Below, one piece after another: positions 1-9,081 of a stretch of 64,000 nucleotides of DNA; positions within the stretch are counted from its first letter, which is position 1; every line of letters begins with the position of its first letter. The DNA comes from Alphaproteobacteria bacterium (GTDB lineage: Bacteria > Pseudomonadota > Alphaproteobacteria > MPNO01 > UBA830): the NCBI GenBank assembly GCA_965243135.1, contig OZ251539.1:5910236-5974235 (forward strand). Reading direction: 5' to 3'. The translations under genes and the position numbers were made by a program. The notes below the pieces were generated by a model. The model worked only from the letters and a program-made list of their open reading frames with translations, made no database searches and was not told the DNA's origin.

Positions 1-33
1 ACCGGCCCGATTTCCTTTCCTGGGGATTTTGCG

Positions 34-1032
34 ATGAACCGGATATTCTCCGGCGTGCAGCCGACCGGCAATCTTCATCTCGGAAACTATCTCGGCGCGA
101 TCCGGAATTTCGTGGATCTGCAAGGCGATTACGAGTGCATATACTGCGTCGTCGATCTCCACGCCCTGACCCAGTGGCAAGACCCAGCCGAGCTCGCCCG
201 CAACACGCGCGAGGTCACGGCCGCCTTCGTCGCGTCGGGGATCGATCCGGAGAAGAGCGTCATCTTCAGCCAGAGCCGGGTGCCCGCCCACACCCAGATC
301 GCCTGGATATTCAGTTGCGTCGCGCGGATCGGCTGGCTGAACCGCATGACCCAGTTCAAGGAGAAGGCCGGCAGCCGGCGCGAGAACGCCTCCGTCGGAC
401 TGTTCGCCTATCCCGCTCTGATGGCGGCCGATATCCTCGTCTACAGGGCGACCCACGTGCCGGTCGGCGAAGATCAGAAGCAGCATCTCGAACTGACGCG
501 CGACATCGCGCAGAAGTTCAACCACGATTACGGCGTCGACTTCTTTCCGCTGGTCGAGCCGCTCATCTTCGGCGAGGCCACTCGCGTGATGAACCTGAAA
601 GACGGCACGAAGAAGATGTCGAAGTCGGACTCGTCGGAGCAGTCGCGCATCGTCTTCACGGATTCCGCCGACGAGATCTCGAAGAAGATCAGGCGGGCGA
701 AGACGGACCCTGAGCCGCTTCCGTCCGAGCCCGCCGGCCTTGCAGGACGCCCGGAGGCGGCCAACCTCGTCGGGATCTATGCGGCGCTGTCGCGCAAGAG
801 CGCCGCCGACGTGCTCTCGGAGTTCGGGGGGCGAGGATTCGGGGATTTCAAGCCGGCGCTCGCCGATCTCGCGATCGCGAAGCTGGGGCCTATTTCGGAC
901 CGCATGCGCAGATTGATGGACGACCGGGGGCATGTCGACGCAATTCTGGAGAACGGCGCGGAGCGCGCCGCGGAGATCGCCGAGCCGATCAGGGACAGGG
1001 TCTACGAGATCGTCGGGCTGGCTTCCTCCTGA
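34..1032 (+). CDS. trpS: tryptophan--tRNA ligase
   Basis: 332-aa ORF with the class I aaRS signature motifs (HLGN for HIGH, KMSKS) and a TrpRS-like N-terminus [14 protein letters not shown]. Confidence 0.9.
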   Translation: MNRIFSGVQPTGNLHLGNYLGAIRNFVDLQGDYECIYCVVDLHALTQWQDPAELARNTREVTAAFVASGIDPEKSVIFSQSRVPAHTQIAWIFSCVARIGWLNRMTQFKEKAGSRRENASVGLFAYPALMAADILVYRATHVPVGEDQKQHLELTRDIAQKFNHDYGVDFFPLVEPLIFGEATRVMNLKDGTKKMSKSDSSEQSRIVFTDSADEISKKIRRAKTDPEPLPSEPAGLAGRPEAANLVGIYAALSRKSAADVLSEFGGRGFGDFKPALADLAIAKLGPISDRMRRLMDDRGHVDAILENGAERAAEIAEPIRDRVYEIVGLASS

Positions 1033-1125
1033 AACCGCGTCCGGCCTCGTCGGGAGGACGCCGGCTCTTGCGTCCGCGTGCGGTTGGGCGCACAAAGCGC
1101 CCGTGACGATCTGCCGCGGATAGCG

Positions 1126-2049
1126 ATCATGCAGATATATCTGCCCATCGCGGAAGTGTCCCTCGACGCCCTGGCGCTTCTGGGCCTCGGCGGAATGGTC
1201 GGTTTGCTGTCCGGGATGTTCGGAGTCGGCGGCGGGTTCCTGATGACGCCGCTGCTGATCTTCATCGGCGTTCCGCCGGCCGTGGCCGTGGGCACCGAGG
1301 CGAATCAGGTGGTGGCGGCGTCGGTGTCGGGCGCGCTCGCGCACTGGCGGCGGGGCAACGTCGACTTCAGGATGGGCTTCGTTCTCCTCGTCGGCGGCTT
1401 GATCGGATCGAGTTTCGGCGTTTGGCTGTTCACCTTCCTGCGCGGCATCGGCCAGATCGATTTCGTGATCTCGGTCTTCTACGTTCTGTTCCTCGGCATC
1501 GTGGGGGTGCTGATGGTGGTCGAGAGCGCCCGAGCGTGGTTCCGCAGCCGCAATCCGGCCGCGCCGCGCCGCAAGCTGCATTACCACAACTGGATGCACG
1601 GCCTTCCGCTGAAGGTTCGATTCCGCCGCTCGAAACTCTACATCAGCGCGTTGCTGCCGCTGAGCGTCGGAGCGTTCGTCGGGATTCTTTCCGCCATAAT
1701 GGGCGTCGGCGGCGGCTTCGTCATGGTGCCCGCGATGATCTATCTGCTCGGCATGCCGACGGCCGTGGTGGTCGGAACGTCGTTGTTCCAGATCGTGTTC
1801 GTGACGGCGAACGTGACCTTCCTGCAAGCCGTCAACAACCAGACCGTCGACATCGTGCTCGCGATGCTGCTGGTCATAGGCAGCGTGATCGGCGCCCAGC
1901 TGGGCGCCCGCGTCGGCAGCCGCCTGCGCGGGGAGGAGATGCGGATCGCGCTCGGCCTTATCGTGCTCGCGGTTTGCCTGCGCGTGGCGTGGACGCTCGT
2001 GGCGACGCCCGAGGACGTCTTTTCGCTCGGCGCGGGGAGGACGCATTGA
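1126..2049 (+). CDS. TSUP/TauE-SafE family membrane permease (DUF81)
   Basis: Polytopic membrane protein with two GVGGG repeats (GMFGVGGGFLMTPLL and IMGVGGGFVMVPAM). The ORF opens at 1078; the internal Met at 1126 (MQIYL) is the more typical start. Confidence 0.8.
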   Translation: MMQIYLPIAEVSLDALALLGLGGMVGLLSGMFGVGGGFLMTPLLIFIGVPPAVAVGTEANQVVAASVSGALAHWRRGNVDFRMGFVLLVGGLIGSSFGVWLFTFLRGIGQIDFVISVFYVLFLGIVGVLMVVESARAWFRSRNPAAPRRKLHYHNWMHGLPLKVRFRRSKLYISALLPLSVGAFVGILSAIMGVGGGFVMVPAMIYLLGMPTAVVVGTSLFQIVFVTANVTFLQAVNNQTVDIVLAMLLVIGSVIGAQLGARVGSRLRGEEMRIALGLIVLAVCLRVAWTLVATPEDVFSLGAGRTH

Positions 2050-2789
2050 CCGCGTTTCGGAGAAGCGCGCTGGCGGCGGCGCTTTGCGTCTGTTCCGCCG
2101 GCTTCGCCGTCGCCCAGAGCGTCGTGGCCGATCTCTCCGACCGCGAAATCGCCATTACCACCGGCTTCACCGGCGCCGAGCTCCTCCTCTACGGCGCCAC
2201 CGAGGGTTACGGCGACATCGTGGTCAAGGTCGCCGGGCCGCGCCGGGACGAAGTGGTCAGACGGAAGCAGCAGGTCGCCGGGATATGGATCAACGGCGCT
2301 TCGGTCACCTTTCGGGACGCGCCCGCGTATTACCGCGTTGCCGCCTCGAGGGACCTCGAAGAGATCGCGGCGCCGACGGTGTTGAAACGGCATCGCATAG
2401 GAGCCGAGACGCTGGATCTGCCGGCCGCCTCGACGCGTCCGCAAGCGGAAGTCGCGGAATTCAGGAAGGCGCTTCTTCGCAACAAGCGGCGACTCGGGCT
2501 TTACGGCGATTCGGTTTCGGAGATCTCCGTCACGGGCGGGCGCCTGTTCCGGACGTCGATTTCGTTTCCGTCGATCGTGCCGACCGGCCGGTATCTCGCG
2601 ACCGTCTACCTGTTTCACGACGGCAAGCTCGTTCAAAGCGACGAGACGCCGCTGACCGTGCGGAAGGACGGGCTCGGCGCCGAAATCTTCAGGTTCGCGC
2701 ACGAGCGGGCGTCGTGGTATGGGGCGATTGCCATTCTGATCGCGCTGGTGGCAGGATGGCTTGCGGGCGTGATTTTCAGGAGAACGTGA
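2046..2789 (+). CDS. alphaproteobacterial conserved membrane/periplasmic protein (TIGR02186-like), partner of the DUF81 permease
   Basis: In-frame TTG at 2046 overlaps the upstream stop (ATTGA). N-terminal signal peptide and C-terminal TM helix (WYGAIAILIALVAGWLAGVIF). The first 200 aa of the long listed ORF 1422..2789 are a GC-frame artefact. Confidence 0.55.
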   Translation: MTAFRRSALAAALCVCSAGFAVAQSVVADLSDREIAITTGFTGAELLLYGATEGYGDIVVKVAGPRRDEVVRRKQQVAGIWINGASVTFRDAPAYYRVAASRDLEEIAAPTVLKRHRIGAETLDLPAASTRPQAEVAEFRKALLRNKRRLGLYGDSVSEISVTGGRLFRTSISFPSIVPTGRYLATVYLFHDGKLVQSDETPLTVRKDGLGAEIFRFAHERASWYGAIAILIALVAGWLAGVIFRRT

Positions 2790-2791
2790 GA

Positions 2792-3307
2792 ATGAACTGC
2801 GCCGACCGGATCGTCGACCCGATTCAGAACGCGGAAGCGACGGGGCAGCGCCGGGTATTCCTGTGCGTGGTCGATTCGACGAAGGAATGCCGGGTCGCGA
2901 TCTATTTCGCGGCGCGCCGGACGCTCCGCGCCGACAGCCAGCTCGCGCTCCTCTACGTGATGGAGCCGGCGGAATTCCATCATTGGAGGACGGTCGAGGA
3001 AAAGATGCGCGAGGAGGCGCGCGAGGAGGCGGAAGGCTTCGTTCAGGAATACGCGACGCTCGTTCAGGAATGGACCGGACAGATGCCGATTCTCTATATT
3101 CGGGAAGGAGAACCGACCGAAGCGATCCGGGAGCTGATCGAGGAGGAGCCGCGCATATCGATACTGGTCCTCGGCGCCGGCACCGAAAAGAAGGGGCCGG
3201 GCCCGCTGGTGTCGTCGATCGGCGGCAAGATGTCGGGCAAGTTCCCGATTCCCATCACCATCGTTCCGGGCAACCTGACCGAGGAACAGATCGACATGCT
3301 AACGTGA
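2792..3307 (+). CDS. universal stress protein (UspA family)
   Basis: ATG at 2792 begins MNCADRIVDPIQ...; the Usp fold ends with the ATP-binding G-x2-G-x9-G-S-like motif (LVLGAGTEKKGPGPLVSSIGG). The upstream part of ORF 2084..3307 is an Arg-rich artefact. Confidence 0.8.
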   Translation: MNCADRIVDPIQNAEATGQRRVFLCVVDSTKECRVAIYFAARRTLRADSQLALLYVMEPAEFHHWRTVEEKMREEAREEAEGFVQEYATLVQEWTGQMPILYIREGEPTEAIRELIEEEPRISILVLGAGTEKKGPGPLVSSIGGKMSGKFPIPITIVPGNLTEEQIDMLT

Positions 3308-3643
3308 CGGAGGGGTCTCGGCGAATTCGCGTTTTTGGAAGGAGGGGCTCGAACGGGGAGGCGACGCTTGCCGCGCGAGGACGGAGAGGATCGGTGCCGA
3401 CCGGTCCGCCACCTCGTCCGCACTGGCCCGGGCACTGAAGCCCAGGCGGCGGTCGTACACCCCTTCCGCTCCCTCGTCGCGCCAACGCCGGAAGATGCGC
3501 TCCGAAACGCCCAGCGTCTCCGCCGCCTCGCCTTGGCTCAGCGCCCCGGATGAGACACCTCCTTCCTCAGTCCCTGTTCCGTCCGCCGCTACCTCCTTGG
3601 TCTGGAAGCGTTTTAAACAGGGTACATGGACCGGACATATCAT
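3299..3643 (-). pseudogene. remnant: HTH-like segment fused to a short phage-integrase fragment
   Basis: The C-terminal ASADEVADRSAPILSVLARQA is nearly identical to ATPAAADRSAPILSVIMRQA in the integrase at 14440-15514. The upstream part (LSQGEAAETLGVSERIFRRWRDEG) looks like a transposase/excisionase-type HTH. No full domain is present. Confidence 0.4.
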
Positions 3644-3735
3644 CTGTCACTGACATCGCCGGGCGTTGCCGCTTGCATCCTCACCCAGCCGGGGCTAGAT
3701 TGCGGGCAGATACCCGCTGGCAGCGTGCTGTCAGC

Positions 3736-3775
3736 TCAAGGGCCGCTCCTCGGAGCGGCCCTTGCTTTTTTCCGG
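3736..3775 (+). terminator. rho-independent terminator-like hairpin
   Basis: GGGCCGCTCC-tcg-GGAGCGGCCC followed by TTGCTTTTTTCC on the + strand. Confidence 0.5.
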
Positions 3776-3783
3776 GGACGACC

Positions 3784-4554
3784 ATGAGAACGAGAGTCTA
3801 TGTCGACGGCTTCAACCTGTACTACGGAGCGCTCAAGGGGACGCCATTCAAGTGGCTGAATCTTGTCGATCTGGCGCGCCGGGTGCTGTCGGCGGGATAT
3901 GTCGTGGATAAGCTGCTTTACTTCACCGCCCATGTATCCGGGGTTTCGGACCCGGGGGCGCCGGCCCGTCAGCATGCCTATATCACCGCGCTCCGCACGC
4001 TGCCGGAGGTGGAAGTGCATTTCGGGAGCTTTCTCGCCAAGACGGTCTGGCGTCCGCTCGTCAACCTGCCGGTGGCTGGCCGGCGGATCGACGCACCTCG
4101 GCCCGTGACATTGCCCGCGGGCGATCACACGGTCGTTGGGCCACGGATGCAGACGCTGCCCGTGGGCCGATACCCCGCACCTGGCGCGGGAAGGAAGAGA
4201 CGAGGCAAGGCGTCCGCTCCGCTGCCGGACGCATTGGTCGCGGAGTTCCACGCCATGGAAGAGAAAGGCTCCGACGTGAATCTTGCGGCCCATCTCCTGA
4301 ACGATGCCTGGAGCGAGCTGTTCGAGGCGGCAGTCGTCGTCTCGAACGACACCGATCTTCTGACCCCTATCCGCATGGTGACCGCCGAGCGGAGGAAGCC
4401 GGTCATCATCGTGTATCCAGGACGATGGCAGGTCGCGCCGAAGCTGCGCGCCGCGGCGAGCCATGTGCGCCATATTCGCCCCGCGATGCTGAGAGGGGCG
4501 CAATTTCCTGACACGCTGCCGGGCACTGCGATCTCGAAGCCGACGGGCTGGTAA
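3784..4554 (+). CDS. NYN-domain (LabA-like, PIN-like) putative RNase
   Basis: MRTRVYVDGFNLYYG... then EEKGSDVNLAAHLL and VVVSNDTDL, the three acidic-residue motifs of the NYN fold. Start is the internal ATG of ORF 3550..4554. Confidence 0.7.
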   Translation: MRTRVYVDGFNLYYGALKGTPFKWLNLVDLARRVLSAGYVVDKLLYFTAHVSGVSDPGAPARQHAYITALRTLPEVEVHFGSFLAKTVWRPLVNLPVAGRRIDAPRPVTLPAGDHTVVGPRMQTLPVGRYPAPGAGRKRRGKASAPLPDALVAEFHAMEEKGSDVNLAAHLLNDAWSELFEAAVVVSNDTDLLTPIRMVTAERRKPVIIVYPGRWQVAPKLRAAASHVRHIRPAMLRGAQFPDTLPGTAISKPTGW

Positions 4555-4587
4555 GCGCGCGAGCCAACGCCTTTGGACGCGCCGTAA

Positions 4588-4980
4588 GCGTTCGGTCGTG
4601 GGGTGAGGGTGTCGAAGCCCCGCCTCCGGGCAAGGTTTCAACCAGACATCCTTGACCGGGAAAGCGCGTTCGTTCCGGGTGCCTGAGGCGGCTCTGTTCG
4701 CCCCTGGTTGGCGACCCGGTAGCATGTTCCTCGCGGAGTAGACGTTCGTTTGCGGGCGGCTTGGCGCATGACTTCGCCGGGGGCTGGATACCCGCTTTAG
4801 ATTCCTGTTTGCGATAGCCATGTCGAGCGAACATGCACGCGCACTTCCCGGGACCGAGTTGTCGGGCGGCGGGCGGGCTCTGGCCGCGTTGCGACGGGAG
4901 AATGAGGCTTTTGGCCAAGCGCCGGAGACCACGGTCCAGAAAGCGGAGAAGCGGCGGGGATTTTCCGCCGGGCGACGGCC
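4588..4980 (+). mobile_element. IS66-family 5' remnant (left inverted repeat plus first ~47 codons of the transposase)
   Basis: GTAAGCGTTCGGTCGTGGGGTGA at 4588 matches the IS66-type terminal repeat seen at 18547, 43981 and 46896. ORF 4820.. starts MSSEHARALPGTELSGGGRALAALRRENEAFG like the other IS66 transposase N-termini, then breaks off at about 4980. Confidence 0.6.
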
Positions 4981-4984
4981 GCCG

Positions 4985-5197
4985 CAAGGCGAAACAAAGA
5001 TCCTCCTGAAGCTTCTTTTTGCGGTAATGCTGCAACAGATGATCGATGGCGGCCGATCCCGCTTCCGATGCGAAGGCGACTTCGAAATTCACATTCCGTT
5101 CCAGATGCGCCGCATGTGTTCGCTCAAATACGTTCGCATGCATTTTGTCGGCAACTGATCCCATAATGATCCGGGTGGCCGACTCATTGCGATCCAA
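4985..5197 (-). pseudogene. truncated third ORF of the Ubl/E2 operon (identity unknown)
   Basis: Only about 60 codons (…HANVFERTHAAHLERNVNFEVAFASEAGSAAIDHLLQHYRKKKLQEDL) before the sequence switches to the reverse complement of the IS66 remnant. Confidence 0.3.
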
Positions 5198-5472
5198 TTC
5201 CTTCCTCTCTTGTCCTGATAGCGATTATAGGCGCCTCCCCTCTCGTCATAGATGGGCGGGTTGATGTGAATCCAGTGAGGCGGATATTCCGGGTATCCGT
5301 TTTCCTGCATGCTAATGCCCAACGTTACCTCTCTGCCTTTATAGGCACCAACTTCAACTTTATACGGAAAGAAAATTGCAACAGGTCCATGAGGACTGTC
5401 TTGCAAGTCAGTCAAATATCCCAGAGATTTCAACTCGGATTGAATGCGCACAATGTCGTCGGACATTTGCAA
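5089..5472 (-). CDS. UBC/E2-like fold protein (prokaryotic E2 family, tentative)
   Basis: 127 aa, AT-rich (~48% GC). N-terminal helix IVRIQSELKSL resembles the E2 N-helix; YPEYPPHWIHINPP resembles the E2 YPF-x-PPK-hydrophobic pre-catalytic segment. No canonical HPN-Cys motif. Tightly coupled to the upstream gene (5473/5472). Confidence 0.4.
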   Translation of the reverse strand: MQMSDDIVRIQSELKSLGYLTDLQDSPHGPVAIFFPYKVEVGAYKGREVTLGISMQENGYPEYPPHWIHINPPIYDERGGAYNRYQDKRGRNWIAMSRPPGSLWDQLPTKCMRTYLSEHMRRIWNGM

Positions 5473-5826
5473 TCACGCGACAGGGGTGGAAGTATTGGGG
5501 ATGGTTATGAAATTATTGTCCCGATCCAGATAAACCCAGTCATCGAGCTTATATTCGGTCGCTTCGCCGCTTCGCGATACAAGAATATAGTTTTTCGGCG
5601 TTCCAGGGATCGCTCCTTTCTTTTTCGCATGGATCAAAATATCCTCTGCGACGAGTCTTTCGTGCACAGATTGCAATTTCTCGCCGTTTACCTCGAAAGG
5701 ATATGTTCGGTCGAGAGGATTTCTATGTTCGGATTTTCCAAGAGCGGCGTTCTTGAGAGGAGCGTCGATCTGTTTATCATCGTTGTTCACCGTATCGCTC
5801 CCGCATGGAGAACCCTTTGCGACCAA
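5473..5826 (-). CDS. multiubiquitin-like beta-grasp domain protein (tentative)
   Basis: 117 aa; YPFEVNGEKL...ITIP matches my recollection of the multiubiquitin domain (PF14452) found with E1/E2/JAB genes. AT-rich codon usage. Confidence 0.45.
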   Translation of the reverse strand: MVAKGSPCGSDTVNNDDKQIDAPLKNAALGKSEHRNPLDRTYPFEVNGEKLQSVHERLVAEDILIHAKKKGAIPGTPKNYILVSRSGEATEYKLDDWVYLDRDNNFITIPNTSTPVA

Positions 5827-6583
5827 GATATGGTGCTTTGCGGCGCACTGTCAATAGGAATATTTTGGTACTCGCCGTCGTCGGGCGGCGGTCGATCAAT
5901 GCCAGGGTTGCAGACCGCCGCGCTGCCGAACCATTGGGAGCACCTCGGAATGCGGATCTATTTTTGCCAAACTCCTTGTTTTTATTTACGGAATCGGGAT
6001 TTCCCCGTTAGGCAACGTTCAACGTCTGATTTTCGCTCGCATCCCCAGTCGCCACGCCGCCTCGAAGCGACCAGACTCTTCGAGACCCTTACACCCGACA
6101 AACGCAGGAGAGCACGGTCGCTTTCCCCACCCGTCGGCCCGCGGAGCTCGCCAAACAACCGCAGGAGCGGCGCTGGTTCGTCGAACAGTTGTGGAGCGAG
6201 CAGGCGGTCGGCATAGCCGAAGTGCGGCAAATTCTTTCTCGTTCTCGCCGTTGCCACCGGCACGCCCTGCCTCGGCGCTTCTCTGCTGCTTCCGGCCGCG
6301 TTCTGCTGGGCCGTTCGCCTCCACAACGCCGCAGGCAAGGTTGCGCCGTTGCTTGCCTGCCTGCGCGACCTGCAACGTAACTTCGAAACCGCTGTCGTTC
6401 TCGTCCGCCATGCCCGAGTGTGCACGGACACGATAATCGATGGAAACATTTGGAGAACTCGATCAAAAGGGTCCTGGCAGCGGCCATCCTGCGAGTTCAC
6501 TGGTTGCCTTCGGGCCAAACCATGGTGCTGCTGGCATCGGCAAGCGGTGACACGGAGCTAAAACTAGGGTTTTCTGGCGGACA

Positions 6584-6994
6584 CTAGGTCTGCCTGTGCC
6601 CCATAAAGATTTTTCTGGACTCTGGCCAGCCGATTCGTTACGGTGCCCGGCATGGAGTTCCAGAATCAGGTTCGGCAAAGCCTCCAGAACGATTTTGCGC
6701 GCTTGCAAGGGGTGCTGGCGAACGAGGTCTTCACTCGCCGCAGCGAGGTCGCGGGTGTGCGAAGCATTCGGGTTTGGGCTTGGCCGCCTGCAGCGAGCGG
6801 GCTGTCTGAAGGCGTTGGCGGAGTTTGAGGCGGCGGGACGGATTTCGCTGCCGTTGCCGACGCGCGGTGGCGCGTGGCGCCCGCGATGTCTTGCGAAGCC
6901 GGTTCCTCCACCGAAGAGCGTACCGGAGGAAGTCGGTGCGGTCGAGGGCCTGGAGTTGGTGCCGGTGACGGATGACGGGCATCGCCTGGTGTGA
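6584..6994 (+). mobile_element. left part of the split IS4/Tn5-like element (copy 1): inverted repeat plus 5' end of the DUF4338-like/transposase ORF
   Basis: IR CTAGGTCTGCCTGTGCCCCATAAAGATTTT at 6584; its partner is at 17542. ORF MPGMEFQNQV... parallels copy 2 at 40375 (with a frameshift). Similarity ends near 6994. Confidence 0.55.
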
Positions 6995-7195
6995 CCGCTC
7001 CGACACCCGGACTGACGACGAATCGACGCCCTAACCCTTTATGGCGCACATCCCTTTCTCGCGAATATCCGTGAATTTACGGCGGGTTGCGGCGAACGGC
7101 ACATCCCTTTTTTCGGGGCGTCGGGAGAGTTGCATTCGGGGAACTTTCTCGCGATACACCGAACTTGCGCAGCGCTCGTATCGTGTAAGCGTTCG

Positions 7196-8065
7196 CTACC
7201 CGGGTGATGATCTGCGATTGAGGACCTTCTTCCAGTCCCGCCGCAGGGGCCTCAACCAGATATCCTTGACCGGCAGCGCATACTCGTTTTTCACGTCGAG
7301 TTTGCCGCGGCCCTGCGTTTTGCCGGCCCGAATCCAGTTGGCCGCACGGTAGCAGGTTCCTTCGAAGCGCTGCGTTTCGCAGAAGGTCTCGAGCAGTACG
7401 GGACGCAGAGCGTAGCGGCGGTCCCAGTCGTCGGGCAAACGTTGCTCGACCTGTGCGAGGACGTGGGATGCAAGGCGTTTGATTCTGACCCAGGGCAGTA
7501 TGAGGAACCTTGCGTTGTTGACGACGAAAGGCAGATTGCGCTGACGGCATGTCCCAACCGATCAGCTTGTCCCGTGGCGCAATCTTCCACGCGGCGGCGC
7601 CGAAGCCGAGCACGGCCAGCGGTTCGCCCTCTGCGGAGCGGACGAAGTATCGCAGCTGTGCGCCGGGCATGGGCGTAAAGCCGAGGTAATGATAGCGGTC
7701 GATGAAGGCGTTCCAGAGACGGCCCTCGCTGGCGTTGCGGACGGGTTCGGTGCGCAGCGGACGGACTTGGTCGAGACGGTCGGGAGTTGGGAACGGGGGC
7801 GGCTCGGTTTCGGGAGACGGCGGAGCGGCGAACGCGGGCGGGCTGCGACGGCGGCAGAACGATGAGGCCGTCGCGTTCCATCCGCAACAGGGCGACGCGG
7901 GCGCTCATGTCTTTGACGCCGCCGTTGGGTTTGCGCCAGTCGAGACGCTCGCACAGGATGCGTGAAAGGGGCGTGCGTTTGAGAGGTGGGTTCCGTTGCG
8001 CGATCAAGTCGCGAATCAGGTTGAGTTCGTCCTCGGAGAAATCCCGCCCGCAATAACGATAGCTC
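7196..8065 (-). pseudogene. DUF4338-like IS-accessory protein, at least two frameshifts
   Basis: Pieces MSYRYCGRDFSEDELNLIR..., LAVLGFGAAAWKIAPRD..., NNARFLILPW..., and LLETFCETQRFEGTCYRAANW...GKTQGRGK are collinear with the intact 44008-44877 copy but lie in three frames. Confidence 0.6.
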
Positions 8066-8668
8066 ATGGCCCCTGCGGAGCCGCGGTGCGCCAGGTGCGG
8101 ACGCGCTCCGGGTCGGCGCCCCAGGGAAGCTAGGCATGCGCCTCTTCGGGCGCTCGTCCGCCATGTTCGGCGCAGGCTTGCAGATAATCGCGGAGCCAGT
8201 GGTGCGGCGAGAGGCCGGCCAGTTCGAGCGTACCGAATACGGAGAAGAGCAGCCCGGTCAGTTGCGCGCCCGCCTCGCTGAACGAGCCGAACGAGAGCTT
8301 GCGCCCAACAACCGCGCCGCGCAGGGCGCGCTCGGCAAGGTTGTTGTCCATCGGCACGGCTGTCGACGAAGACCTCCAAGCCTTCGCGATGACGCAGCAA
8401 GGACTGCAACGGCTTGCGCTGCGGCGCTTCCTCCGGCAGGTCGTCGAGTTGCCGCCTCGCGTCGTCGAAGAATGTGTTGCTCTCAAGCTCCCGTTGCGCC
8501 TCGTCGAAGGCGGCGGCTTGTTCTCTCGCTCCGGGGATCCAGTGCCGCAGCCGCTCGGCATTCCAACCGTACAGAGTCGCGATCTTGGCTACCCATTCAT
8601 CGCCGAAAGACTTCATGTCGGGACGCCCGACTCCGATGTCCATGAAGTCGCGGCGCACATGCGTCCAA

Positions 8669-9081
8669 TTATGTTGAATTCAACATAACTGGGCTTATGT
8701 TGCGGATCCAGTTATGTTGCGGAATGGTTGCAACGTACTGAAAAACAATAAAATCAGATCCATTTCCGCAACATAATATTTCGCAATCACAGTGCATCAA
8801 GAAAGGCCGTAAACCTTTTGTTCTCTTTCCACGGGCGAACCGACTCTGCGCAATGCCTGAGACAGTTCAGGCGTTCCTCAAGCAGCGGTGCGGCGCGATA
8901 GAAGGCTATGGCACCGTGATCGACAAACAGATCCTCGAACATGGTCGTATCTCCTTGTGGTCGGAGACATGACCATGGCAAACGAATGCGAATCCAAATA
9001 TTATGTTGCGGAAATGCGTTTGGTTCCGTTGTTTTTCAAGTCGTTAGCGCTCCTCCGCAACATAACTGGATCCGCAACATA
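8669..9081. mobile_element. MITE-like non-autonomous element (413 bp, AT-rich) with 6-bp target duplication
   Basis: Flanked by GTCCAA at 8663-8668 and 9082-9087. Termini are TTATGTTG...CAACATAA. Both ends carry TTATGTTGCGGATCCAGTTATGTTGCGGA in inverted orientation. At least 7 copies of the 12-mer TTATGTTGCGGA plus the perfect palindrome TTATGTTGAATTCAACATAA. It splits the transposase exactly between duplicated CW(T)(Y/H)V codons. Confidence 0.6.
8787..8942 (-). CDS. small ORF (51 aa) carried by the MITE, unknown function
   Basis: ATG at 8942 preceded by AAGGAG at a 7-nt spacing; MFEDLFVDHGAIAFYRAAPLLEERLNCLRHCAESVRPWKENKRFTAFLDAL. No family recognised. Confidence 0.3.
   Translation of the reverse strand: MFEDLFVDHGAIAFYRAAPLLEERLNCLRHCAESVRPWKENKRFTAFLDAL

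Noticed and set aside
1422-2045. N-terminal 200 aa of ORF 1422..2789
   Set aside because: Overlaps the TSUP permease gene in another frame with Arg-rich composition. The real gene starts at TTG 2046 with a signal peptide.
6019-6411. 130-aa minus-strand ORF upstream of the Ubl gene
   Set aside because: High-GC, low-complexity translation overlapping several other spurious ORFs. No motif or RBS support.
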